From assembly GCA_963804645.1 (NCBI GenBank), contig CAWDRG010000017.1, forward strand, positions 448,001-512,000: a stretch of 64,000 nucleotides of DNA, in the 5' to 3' direction. Positions 42,100 through 51,924 of the stretch are shown piece after piece. Origin of the DNA: an uncultured Bacillota bacterium (lineage in GTDB: Bacteria > Sysuimicrobiota > Sysuimicrobiia > Sysuimicrobiales > Segetimicrobiaceae). The translations under genes and the position numbers were made by a program. Below the pieces are notes generated by a model. That model saw only the letters and a list, made by a program, of their open reading frames with translations. It did no database searches and was not told where the DNA came from. The stretch's first letter is position 1. The number at the start of each line of letters is the position of its first letter.

Positions 42100-42415
42100 G
42101 GTTCATTCCCTTCGACACCATGCCCCTCGCCCCCACCTCGCGAGCCGTCGAGGATGCTGGTAAGCGATCCACTATTCAGTATTGACCCCGGATTCTCCTG
42201 CTGCGAAGAAAAAGATTTTGGCGAGGCACCGCCTGAGGAGGGCACCGTCGCGGGCGCGCGCTCCTACCCGCTTATCACGCGGGCGCGAGGTGCGACGAAT
42301 TCTTATTCTTCAGGGCTGGCACCGAGTCCGACGAGCCAAGATAAAGATAACGCCCGCCGCGCGATCACCGCGCGACGGGCCCGAACTTCGCTGCGTCGAG
42401 ACGTCGAAGCTGCCG

Positions 42416-42763
42416 CTAGTGCGCCGGGGAAGGTGGGGGAAGAACTGGAACGTTCCCGGGCGCCGGGTTCGCGGGTGGCGGATTCCCATACGAAGTGGGG
42501 GCAGCCTTCACGATCGTCCACCCTGTCCCGTCATACCGCACCAGGTCGCCGACCTGCACCACGTCGTAAAACGCCGCGGGCACGGTGAACGTATCGCTCG
42601 CAATCTGGAGCACGGACATGTCGTTGTCGCCGGTACCGCTGAACTTCGCCTGCACGACCCCGTACACGTACCCGCCGTTCGGCGTGCAGCCAGCACCAAA
42701 ATCGGCCGCCAGCGCCGACACGGCCAGCACGAACACGAGCACCGTCACTGTCCGAACCGACAT
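42416..42763 (-). CDS. small secreted hypothetical protein with Pro-rich tail
   Basis: GGAGG RBS, hydrophobic N-terminus, own sigma70 promoter. Confidence 0.7.
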   Translation of the reverse strand: MSVRTVTVLVFVLAVSALAADFGAGCTPNGGYVYGVVQAKFSGTGDNDMSVLQIASDTFTVPAAFYDVVQVGDLVRYDGTGWTIVKAAPTSYGNPPPANPAPGNVPVLPPPSPAH

Positions 42764-42793
42764 ACACCCACACCTCCACCGCTTCCTACTGTT

Positions 42794-42822
42794 AGTATAC
42801 CGACGCAGCCGGTTATTGGCAA
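42794..42822 (-). promoter_or_regulatory. sigma70 promoter
   Basis: TTGCCA-17 nt-TATACT. Confidence 0.7.
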
Positions 42823-42838
42823 CAGAGGGAGAGCGGCC

Positions 42839-44132
42839 GGTAGTGTCAAGTGTTTTGTGTAAATTCCCGTGAGAGAGAGCGCCTCGCCTGCCGGACATTC
42901 AGAGCCTGAACGATCGCATAGATAATCCGATCACAGCTGGCCACGTTCGTGAAGCACGTCATGGGGCGCGTGCGCCGGCGGACTTCGCGAAACACCCGTT
43001 CAATCGCGTTCGTCGTGCGCACCCGGCGCCAGTCCGCCTCGTTGACGGCATAGAAGCTGAGCAGAGCGTCCTCCTCGCGCGTCAGACAGGCGACCGCCGC
43101 GGGGGCGGTGGCCTGCCAGGCCTGGACCCACTGGCGCAGGAGGCGGCGCGCGGCGTGGGCGGTCGGCGCCTGATAGATTCGGCGCGCCATGCGCAGACAC
43201 GCGTCCCGGTCCTTGACCCGCAGCCGATTGGCCACGTTGCGGAGGACATGGACCCAGCACGCTTGGCGCGGGACGTCCGAATAGACCAAATCGAGGGCGG
43301 CATGGAGGCCCCGCTGGCCGTCCGTCGTAATCAGCTGCAACTGCTTCCCGACTAACCCGCGGCAGGCCAGCGTCGTGAGAAAGGCTTCCCAGGTGGTTTG
43401 GGTCTCGTAGCGGGCCAGCCGGAAGTCGATCAGGTCCCGCTGCCCGGTCGGCCGAATGCCGTAGGCCACGAGAATCAAGCGGCGCTTGCTCCCCGCGAGC
43501 CCTTTCACCCGGAGGCTGACGGCGTCGAGGAACAGATACTGATAGTGATCGTCCAGCGTCCGGTGGTGGAAGGCCGCCGCGGCTTGATCCAAGGCCCGGG
43601 TGATCGTCGAGACGGTCGTGGGGCTCACGACATCGTCGAGGAGCTTGGCGAGGACGGGCCCGACCTGGCGGGTGGAGAGGCCGCCGAGGAAGACCGCGCG
43701 GACGAGCGCGTTGACGTCACTGGTGCGGCGCTGATAGCGGCCGAGCACCGAGGGCTGGAACCCACTCTGGCGGGCCCGGGGAATATGGAGATCGGGGATG
43801 GTGCCCCACGTCGTCACCAAGCGGCGGCGGTAGACGCCATTCCGATACCCCTGCCGGTCCGGATTCCGAGTGTACCGGCCGGCATTCAGATGGTTGATCA
43901 ACTCGTCATGCATCCGGTTCTCCAGCAAGAGCTTGACCGTGCGGAGCGTCTCTCGGGAGACATCCCCCCACAGGGTCGCTTCATCCTTGACCTCCTTCCA
44001 GAGATCGGCTACGGTGAGATCGGTCAGTGGTCGCACACTGGCCATGGGCGTATCCCTCCTTATGGTTGGTCAGGTCGGGGTACGCCCTCTCTTTTCGGGC
44101 TCCTGCTTTTACACACAATACCGTACACTACC
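42839..44132 (-). mobile_element. IS256-family insertion sequence
   Basis: TIR GGTAGTGTcaaGTgTTtTGTGTAAA / GGTAGTGTacgGTaTTgTGTGTAAA; perfect 9-bp TSD AGAGCGGCC at 42830-42838 and 44133-44141. Confidence 0.95.
42846..44045 (-). CDS. IS256-family (mutator) transposase
   Basis: YRNG, GLSTR, YLFLDA, TDGQRGL, QACWVH, RTTNAIERVFREVRRR. Confidence 0.95.
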   Translation of the reverse strand: MASVRPLTDLTVADLWKEVKDEATLWGDVSRETLRTVKLLLENRMHDELINHLNAGRYTRNPDRQGYRNGVYRRRLVTTWGTIPDLHIPRARQSGFQPSVLGRYQRRTSDVNALVRAVFLGGLSTRQVGPVLAKLLDDVVSPTTVSTITRALDQAAAAFHHRTLDDHYQYLFLDAVSLRVKGLAGSKRRLILVAYGIRPTGQRDLIDFRLARYETQTTWEAFLTTLACRGLVGKQLQLITTDGQRGLHAALDLVYSDVPRQACWVHVLRNVANRLRVKDRDACLRMARRIYQAPTAHAARRLLRQWVQAWQATAPAAVACLTREEDALLSFYAVNEADWRRVRTTNAIERVFREVRRRTRPMTCFTNVASCDRIIYAIVQALNVRQARRSLSREFTQNT

Positions 44133-44160
44133 AGAGCGGCCTCGCGGCGGCGGGTGATGC

Positions 44161-44761
44161 CTAAGGGAGATGTGCCATCAGCCACGGGACCGTCGGAAGC
44201 AGCGCGTTGCGCAGCATCTCGAGGGTTCCCAGTGCCGCCACCGGCCCGCTGAGCGCCGACCCCGAGCTGTGGATCTCCCCGACGAGGCGTCCCTGACCGA
44301 CGTCGAAGATCTGGACCACCACGTCCGCGGTAATGAGTGCGGACCCGTTGCCGTCCTTCGCCCCTTGCGGCGGCTGCGTGCCCCCGCCCGCGGTGCCGAC
44401 GATGGGCAGCCACCCGACGACGAGCCGATCCGTCCCGGCCGCGCGACCGAGATCACCGAGCCTCGCAAACGACAGCACATCCTGGTTCTGCCAGCGCACC
44501 GCGGTCTCCGACCGCTCCATCATGGCGCGAGGCGCCACCGCGATGCCGTCGGCGCCGGCCGCGCTCGCGAGGAGCGTCGTGAGCTCGGCGGCCGCCGCGC
44601 GCGAGGGGACCACCGAGTTGATGTTCGCCTGCGGACCCGGCGCGTAAAATTCGACTACGCCCACCGAGACCGGCGCCGCGGCCGCGCCGGCAATCCATCC
44701 GGACCCCACGAGCCCCTGCGATGATCGTCGCACACGCGCCGATTCGCCACGCGATCCTCAT
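44161..44761 (-). CDS. secreted hypothetical protein, CsgG/HfaB-like (indel at G run ~44714)
   Basis: MRIAWRIG signal peptide joins VSVGVVEF...LGRAAGTDRLVVG...VQIFDVGQGRLV. Confidence 0.6.
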
Positions 44762-44935
44762 GCCCCGCCGCTCCGGTGTCATCTGTCTCACCCTCCCCGC
44801 GTCACCGCGGAACCCGCCTCAGGCTGCCCGTGCGGCACACCGTAGCACGGACGTGTCACGCCGAGGTCACCGCCTGGTCGCGATGACGTCCTCCCAAAAT
44901 GCACGCGTCGTTCGCGCCGCCCCGGACGTGCGCCC

Positions 44936-45667
44936 CTACGTGGAGGACAGGTCCGCCGCCCCTTCGATCTCCCGGAGCACCGCCTCGGCCGCACGCCGGG
45001 GATCTGACGCGTGGACGATCGGGCGCCCGACGACAAGCAGATCGGCGCCCGCCGCCACGGCGGCCCGCGGCGACAGCACCCGGCGCTGGTCGTCCTCCAC
45101 GGAGCCGGCCGGGCGAATGCCCGGGCACACCAGCAGAAAGTCCGGGCCGCATGCGGCCCGGACGGCGCGCACCTCGAGCGCCGAGGTGACCGCCCCGTCG
45201 AGACCCGCCGTCTTCGCGAGACGGGCGAGCCGGTCGACGACCTGCGCGGGATCGCCGTCGATGCCGGTCTCAGCAAGCGTCGCGTGGTCCATGCTCGTGA
45301 GCAGGGTCACGCCGAGCACGCGAAGCTGGGCGCCGGGCGCGGAGCGGGCCGCGGCGTCGGCCGCCTCCCGCGCCGCCCGCATCATCTCCGTGCCGCCGGA
45401 CGCGTGCACGGTGCAGAGGGCGATCCCCTGCCGCGCCGCCGCGCCCACCGCGGCGCCGACGACCGACGGGATATCGTGGAGCTTCGTGTCGAGGAATACC
45501 CGGCCGCGCCGCGCGACCGCCGCGACGGCGGCCGGGCCCGCGGCCGTAAACAGCTGGGACCCGATCTTGAACCACCGAACGGCCCCCGCGAGGCGGTCCG
45601 CCAGCGCTTCCGCCTCGGCCAGCGTGGGGACGTCGAGCGCGACGATCAGTCGGTCGCGCGGGTCCAT
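44936..45667 (-). CDS. pyrF: orotidine-5'-phosphate decarboxylase
   Basis: LIVALD, FLDTKLHDIP, VTLLTS, PGIRP, VVGRPI. Confidence 0.96.
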   Translation of the reverse strand: MDPRDRLIVALDVPTLAEAEALADRLAGAVRWFKIGSQLFTAAGPAAVAAVARRGRVFLDTKLHDIPSVVGAAVGAAARQGIALCTVHASGGTEMMRAAREAADAAARSAPGAQLRVLGVTLLTSMDHATLAETGIDGDPAQVVDRLARLAKTAGLDGAVTSALEVRAVRAACGPDFLLVCPGIRPAGSVEDDQRRVLSPRAAVAAGADLLVVGRPIVHASDPRRAAEAVLREIEGAADLSST

Positions 45668-45723
45668 GCACTCCCGTTCCCACGCTGCGGGTCTGGTCGC
45701 CGGAGGCCGCCGGGACCGAAGCA

Positions 45724-45755
45724 CGGCGGCTCCCCGGTTTCCCGGGGAGCCGCCG
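45724..45755 (-). terminator. 14-bp perfect hairpin after the porin gene
   Basis: CGGCGGCTCCCCGG-tttc-CCGGGGAGCCGCCG. Confidence 0.7.
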
Positions 45756-45775
45756 CCATGTCCGTGCCCGAGCGT

Positions 45776-47847
45776 TTAGAAGCTGTAGTCAATCTGCGCC
45801 CGGTAGAGCAGGATCTGCTGCACACCTGCCACCTGCTCCTGTCGGATCTTGAACGTGATGGCGGCGTTCTGCGAGAATCCGTAGATGATGCCGGCTTCGT
45901 ACGCGGCCTCACCCACGCCGGTGTAGTTGGCGTTCCCGGTATAAAGGTTCAGGTAGACGGTCCAGCTGGTGATCGGCGTGGCCCGCATGGAGAACAGGAA
46001 CCCTTCGGCGTCACCGGGATACAGGAAGTCGTTCTCGTTGACGTCGATTTCGGCTTCGCCGTACGGAGCGTAGAAGTTCTGCCCGTAGTAGGCGTAGCCC
46101 GAGGTCCGTCGTCCAGTTGTGGCCCCAACCCGTCATGCTGCCGAGGTCGAGGTGGAAGTTAACCTGGTACCCCTGGTCGCTCGTGCCGAAGACGGAGTCG
46201 TTCCACTGGGCGTACTCGCCGTCGAAGTTCAGGCCAGGAATGATCGCCCAGTCCACGTACCCGTCGAAGCCGTTGCCGGCCGAGGGGCACGCGATGCCTG
46301 CGCCGGCGAACGAGCCGCTCGTGACCGAGACGCAGTGGAACCCGTTCGATTGCAGCGCCGAGTTACCCAACCCGGGGTTGATCGAACCGCCGCCAGGGCC
46401 GTAGACGTGCCACTGTGCCGCGTTCCCGAACCCACCGGGCCCGGACGTGTTGTTGGACGCGGTAATCGTGTTGCCGACGTAGTCGATGCCGGCGCGCAGG
46501 CCGGGGATGATCTGGAAGTTGATGTTGGCTCCGTACGCATCCTCGCCGTAGATGTAGGCGCTGGACGGCGGGAGGGGCGTCTCCGGGTTCAAGGCGCTGC
46601 CCGTGTTGCCCTGGATGCGCAGGACGACGAACTCGAAGTGCATGTCGGCGGCCTCAGGAATGTTCGAGTTGATCCGCAGACCGTCGGCCATGTTGAAGCC
46701 GGCGCTCGCGGTCGAATCTTCCCAAGTGTCGCCGTTGTCGTTCATGATCAGACCGAACGGACCCCACTGAATCGGATAGCACGTGGTGCCGCACGGCGTG
46801 TTGTTGCCGTACCGGCCGAGACGGATCTCGAGCGGCAGGCCCCACGCGTTCCGCCAGTCCAGGAACGCGCTGTCAACCGAGCTGAACGACCCGTTGCCGT
46901 CCTGAATGCTCGCCGCCTGCGTGCCGAATGCCGGCGCGGCGACCGCGGTGCCGATGTTGCCGCTGTTGAAGAACTGGTAGCCGCCCGTCGTCAGGACGCC
47001 GATGACGTAGTGCAGATCCGGCTGGACGGACCCATCGAACCCGAGCTTGAACTCGTAGCGCGGCCGGTTCGTCACCGCGGAGATCGTCGAGCTGATCTGC
47101 GAGCTGCGCGGGTTGCCGTCAACGCCGAACGGGCTCGATGACCCGTTCTGCAGGTACTGCCCCGTGCCGGCGCCGGTCCCGCTGCTGCTCGCGTTGACGC
47201 CAATGATCGTCCCGCCAACGAGCGCGGGGTTCTGGGGGTTGGACGTCCCGGGGATCTGACCGGGACCGTAGTTGAACGGCACGCCGCCGACCTGGTTCGG
47301 GGTGCCGCCCGAGATGTTCTGGGGGGTCCCGGTCAGGTTCTGGCCGTTCGCGCTGCCGTAGGTGACCTGCCCGGCGTCTTCACGGAACCGGAGTGCCGCC
47401 GGTGACCCTCACGTTGTCGAGCCGCGCCTTGATCGCGTTGAGCTCTTCCTCAATCGCGGTCGTCCGCACGCCCAACGCGGCGAGCTCGGCCCGAAACTCG
47501 TTCACGAGCCGGGTAATCGTGTCGAAGTTCGCTGCCGTCATGGCCTTCAGCGCGTTGAAATCCGCGACGCTGGGCGCCGGAACGGGCGCGGGAATCTGGA
47601 TGCTCTCAATCCGCGCCAGCAGCCGTGCCACGACCATGGCCATTTCGTACCGCGTCATCGCCCGATCGCCCTTGAAGGTCCCATCCGGGTACCCTTCGAT
47701 CAAGCCCTTCGCCGCCAGTTCCGCGATCGCATCGTACGCCCAGTGGTTCGTGGGCACGTCCGCGAACGGCTGCGCGAAGGCAGGAGCGACAGTGGCGAAC
47801 ATGAACGCGGCGGCACACAATACCGCGATAGCCTTCATGGCTCGCAT
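45776..47847 (-). CDS. SLH-domain outer-membrane porin, OmpM-like (indels at ~46099 and ~47395)
   Basis: Signal peptide, FADVPTNHWAYDAI..GYPDGTFKG..TRYEMA SLH, coiled coil, beta-rich body, C-terminal YRAQIDYSF. Confidence 0.9.
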
Positions 47848-48077
47848 CTCATTCCCCCTTGCGTGTGATTCGGGGGACGGCAGGGACGGACCAGCCCGAG
47901 TGACCGTGTTTTCTCGCGCTTCCCGCAACCCCGCACGCTACCCCCGTGTGACACCTGTCCCGGGACCTCGCCCTGCGATGCCTCCCCCTCCCTCCGGGCA
48001 AGAGCTCCCGCTCGCGGCTCTGCGCCGCTCGAGCAGGTGGCAACTGGTTAGAAAGCCTCTGCAGATGATGACGTGTC

Positions 48078-48119
48078 ATGCTAGTCGACTACCTGTTCGA
48101 TTGTCAAGGAAATGTCACA
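48078..48119 (-). promoter_or_regulatory. sigma70 promoter of the porin overlapped by an 11-bp-period TGTCA direct repeat
   Basis: TTGACA-18 nt-TAGCAT; plus strand TGTCAA-GGAAA-TGTCAC. Confidence 0.6.
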
Positions 48120-48169
48120 GGTCAGACTTTCCCGATGATCGATCTACGACGCCCTTATCATGATCTCCT

Positions 48170-48653
48170 TCAACGGAATATCACAATCCGACGCCAGAAG
48201 TCACGAACTGATGTTCGTATGATAGATCCGGCGCAGGCTGCTACCCGCTCGGATGCCCGTCGCCCCGCTTCGCCCGCCAAATAGGCTTCGCCGAGCACGA
48301 TCGCCGCGTAATCGTCGTACGGTTCCGCGGGCGTCAACAGCGATCGCGGCAGCAGGCGCCTCCACCCTCTGGGGGGATGGTCAACGAAGTAGCGGGCCCG
48401 CGCTGCCAGCGTCGTGCCCGCCTCATTGACCGCGAGCACCGGCACGGAGAGACCGGCCAGCGCTTCCAGGGCGCCGCGGGCGCCGGTCCCCGCGCCGATC
48501 ACTACGCGCTCGACCCGGAACGCCGCCGTCCACTGCTGCGGCCACGGACGCAAGGTCGGCGAGCGGCACCACCCGGTGGGCCAAGATCTCGCCCGGCGCG
48601 CACGCGGCGATCCCGCACTTCTGGCGTCCCGGATCAACCGCCAGCACCCTCAC
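48170..48653 (-). CDS. YqgF/RuvX-like RNase H-fold protein (indel at ~48541; 3' end uncertain)
   Basis: VLAVDPGRQKCGIA, VIGAGTG, VNEAGTTLAARARYF, DDYAA. Confidence 0.85.
48204..48217. promoter_or_regulatory. Gram-positive-type LexA (SOS) box
   Basis: CGAAC-TGAT-GTTCG. Confidence 0.55.
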
Positions 48654-49570
48654 CGGAACGTCAGCTGCACCGGCCCGACCGTGTACGCGTCCTCGAGCGC
48701 CACCGCGTGGACTTCGACCACCGCCTTGCTCGCCTCGACGCGGTCGAGCACCTGAAGAAACACCGCGGGGTCGATCCGGACGTCCGGCGGCGCCGAGGCC
48801 AGCGCAAACGGCGGCGAGATGATCCCGCGCACTCGTGCCTGGGCGGCCACGGTCGAGCCGAGGGCCAGCATGGCGTCCTCGACCCTCGCGCGCGGCGCGC
48901 GCCCGTCGATCCGCGTGGTCGCGATCGACTCCCCCTGCCGAAAGATGAGCGCGTTCGGGAACACGAGCAGCGAGGCCCGTAGCGGCAGCCCGCGGACCGT
49001 GTTTTCCGTGGCGATCAGGCGGACGACCATCGGCTGCGCGCGCTCGGCGATGTCCCGGGAGACGCTGTCGACGGTCACCCCCGCCGGATAGACCTGCACC
49101 AGCACGCCGTCGGGACCGGGGGCCAGCCCCTGCTGCCGCGCCGCCTGCGCGGCCAGGTCGAGGAACGTCTGCACACGGCGGCGGATGTCGGCCAGCGGCG
49201 CCTGCCCGTCGATGACGGTGCGGAGGACTTCCTGATCGTTCTGATAGATGACGTCGCGGTACTGGAGCGCCTGGACCTGCGCCCGCTCCTGCGCGATCTG
49301 CGCTTCGAGCGCGTGCGTCTGCTGCTGCAGTTCCTGCAGGTGGAAGAGCGCCTGGCGGGCGTCGTTGCTCACGAGCAGCACCACGCCCAGCGTGACGACC
49401 GTGATCAGCATCCCGGTCATGACCGTGATCAGCTCGGCGGTATGGCGCGGCCGCAGCCCGAGCACCGACAGGCGGCGCCGCCCGATGCTGCGCCCCACCA
49501 GGTTGCCGATAAACGCGACGAGGCCGCTGACGAGGATCAGGACGGGAATCAGGATCGCGGCGACGGTCAC
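48650..49570 (-). CDS. DUF3084 domain protein
   Basis: GLVAFIGNLVGRSIGRRRLSVLGLRPRHTA. Confidence 0.85.
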   Translation of the reverse strand: MTVAAILIPVLILVSGLVAFIGNLVGRSIGRRRLSVLGLRPRHTAELITVMTGMLITVVTLGVVLLVSNDARQALFHLQELQQQTHALEAQIAQERAQVQALQYRDVIYQNDQEVLRTVIDGQAPLADIRRRVQTFLDLAAQAARQQGLAPGPDGVLVQVYPAGVTVDSVSRDIAERAQPMVVRLIATENTVRGLPLRASLLVFPNALIFRQGESIATTRIDGRAPRARVEDAMLALGSTVAAQARVRGIISPPFALASAPPDVRIDPAVFLQVLDRVEASKAVVEVHAVALEDAYTVGPVQLTFR

Positions 49571-50295
49571 GGCGCGGCGCCCTCCTGGCCGCGCGCGCGC
49601 CGCCGGCCCCAGAGGCGTCCGAGCAGGCGCACGTAGTTCACGATCTCCCCGCCGCCCAGCTTGCTGCTCCCGCCGGCGCGCTCCTCAAACCGGTACGGGA
49701 TCTCTTCGATCCTGGCACCGCGGTGCGCGACCAGGAGTTCGAGCAGGAGCTTGTAGCCGATGCCCTCAAACACGACGCCGTCAAACAGCGACCGGCGGCA
49801 CGCGAACAATCCGGACATCGGGTCCCGCACCCGAATCCCGAGGAGGGTGCGCGCCAGGCGCGTCGCCCCCCAACTGAGCGCGCGGCGCCACACGGGCCAC
49901 CTGGCGATGCTCCCGCCCGGAACATGACGGGACCCCACCGCGATGTCGGCGCCGCCGGCGATCGCGGCGAGCAGTGCCGGCACGACTTCCGGGGGATGCG
50001 ACAGATCGCTGTCCATGATCAGCAGCACGTCGCCCCGCGCACGCCGGGATCCATCCAGTACCGCGGACGCGAGTCCGGCCTTCCCGGGGCGGGTCAGCAC
50101 CACGACGGGCAGCACGTCACGTAGTTCGACGCCCACGGCGGCCGCCACCTCTCCGGTCCCGTCGGGCGACGAATCGTCGACCACCACGGCCTCGGCATCG
50201 AATCGCGGCCGCCCGATCACCGCGCCGAGCCGGCGCAGCAGCAGCGGCAGCGTGTCCCGCTCGTTGTACGTCGGCACGATCACGCTCACACGCAC
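49567..50295 (-). CDS. GT2 polyprenol-phosphate sugar synthase (Ppm1/DPM1-like)
   Basis: IVPTYNE, VDDSSPDGT, MDSDLSHPP, DPMSG. Confidence 0.9.
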   Translation of the reverse strand: MRVSVIVPTYNERDTLPLLLRRLGAVIGRPRFDAEAVVVDDSSPDGTGEVAAAVGVELRDVLPVVVLTRPGKAGLASAVLDGSRRARGDVLLIMDSDLSHPPEVVPALLAAIAGGADIAVGSRHVPGGSIARWPVWRRALSWGATRLARTLLGIRVRDPMSGLFACRRSLFDGVVFEGIGYKLLLELLVAHRGARIEEIPYRFEERAGGSSKLGGGEIVNYVRLLGRLWGRRRARGQEGAAP

Positions 50296-51924
50296 TCAGA
50301 CCGCCCCCGGCACGCGGCCTCCGAGGGCTTCTCACGCACGACGAGATCGCCCCGGGCCGCGACCTCCACGAGGGGCGGGTCGAGCGCCGGGCTGCTCGCA
50401 GCCGGTTCCGCGCCCGTCGTCACGAGAAACATCCGTCCCGGCGCGCAGAGACGCTCCCGCAGGGTGGCGGGATCGTTGATCCAGATCACCGGGTGATCGC
50501 TGTAATAGATCAGCGACGTCGGCATCCCGATGCGGTAGCCGATCACCTGATCACCGGGGCGGAGACGCCGTCCGAGCTCGACCGCGAGCGGTTTCATCGG
50601 CCGCTGCTGGTCGACCACGGGCGCGGTCACCGTGTAGAGCACCGCCACGAACAGCGCCATCGTAGCCGGCAGGGCGAGGAACGCCCGCATGTAGCGCCCC
50701 GCGCTGAACAGCACCGCGGTGACCGCCGGCCCGACGACCAGCACGACCAGCGGCGCGATCAGCGCGGGCCGTACCGCGGCGAACTCCCGCGGGTACCGCA
50801 CGGTGGCGAACGTGGCGACCGCGAGCGCGAGCAGCGCCACCACGCCGATTTGGAGGAAGAACGACGTCATCAGCGTGCGCCCCGAGCCGCCCGGCCCCTT
50901 CGAACAGAAACTCCTCCCAGAGCCGGCCGATGGCGATCGCGGCGACCGGAAAGATCGGAAACACGTCGTCGGGGAGCCTCCCCCCGATGGCGAGGGCGCC
51001 GGCGAACACCACCCCGCACCACAAGAGACAGAGCAGGCTGCCGTCCTGCCAGCGCCGCAGGTAGTGGTACACGATCGCGCCCGGGAAGAACGCGGCCCAC
51101 GGGACCGCTCCCAGCACCAGCACCGGGACATCGTACCAGATCGAGTCGACCCTCGGCCCGGCCGGGCGCATCCACGGGCCGGTGAACGCCGCGGCGAGGA
51201 ACGCCGTGCCGCCCCGGCTCACTTCCACCACGTACCACGGGGCCGCGATCGCCAGATACACCGCGGCGCCCCACCCCCACGGAATCTCGCGCCAGCGCCG
51301 CAGCGCCCGCCGGTAGGCGAGAAACGGCAGCAGCACGGCGGCGAGGAGCACCAAGGTCACCGGACCGCGCGTCAGCGTGGCGAGCGCGGCGAAGGCGAAG
51401 CTGGCAAGGTAGTCGCCGCGGCTCCGATCCCGGTACCCCCGGTAGAACGTGTACAGGGCGAGCAGCAGGAAGGTCACCTCGGCGGAGTCCAGCACGGCCA
51501 GGTGGGACATCAGCAGGTACTCGAGCGTCGTCGCCAGGATCAGGCCGCTGAGGATGCCCGTCCGCGGACCGAACCACTCCCACCCGAGCAGGCAGGTGAC
51601 GCCGACGCCGGCGACCCCGAACAGCGCCGCCCAGATGCGCGCCGTGAACTCCGTGAACCCGAACGCCCACCCCGTCGCGGCCTGCAGCCAGAGCCACAGC
51701 GGCGGCGGTCCGAACCACGGCCGGCCGTCGAGGTGCATCGTCATCGGGTCGCCGGTCGCCAGAATTTCCCGGCCGGCCTGCGCGTACCGGGACTCATCCA
51801 CGTCCCACAGGCTGCCGGCGCCGATCCGGAACGTGAAGAGCGCCGCGGCGAAGAGCAGCACCAGCCCGAGCAGGATGAGTTCGCGACGCCGCCCGAGCGG
51901 CGAGGCGCCGCTCAGTGCGCTCAC
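50286..51924 (-). CDS. ArnT/PMT-like GT-C membrane glycosyltransferase (indel at ~50880)
   Basis: LWDVDESRYAQAGRE, PPLWLW, FTARI, many TM helices, IAAPWY. Confidence 0.85.

Larger units (their letters stand above)
40238..42318 (-). mobile_element. two-ORF DDE insertion sequence (IS4/ISAs1-like; family uncertain)
   Basis: 9-bp TSD GCACCGAGT at 40229-40237 and 42319-42327; imperfect TIR CAACGGTGAGGAATAGG / CAGCCCTGAAGAATAAG (12/17). Confidence 0.85.

Noticed and set aside
42318..42328. GGCACCGAGTC resembling the 3' end of SpCas9 tracrRNA
   Set aside because: Explained by the IS target-site duplication; no cas genes or CRISPR array in the window.
42839..42850. IS256-generated hybrid promoter
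   Set aside because: The outward TTGACA has no -10-like hexamer 16-18 nt downstream; the native promoter at 42794-42822 is sufficient.
40238..44132. Composite transposon carrying the small secreted gene
   Set aside because: The two IS elements are unrelated and each has its own TSD, so they are independent insertions.
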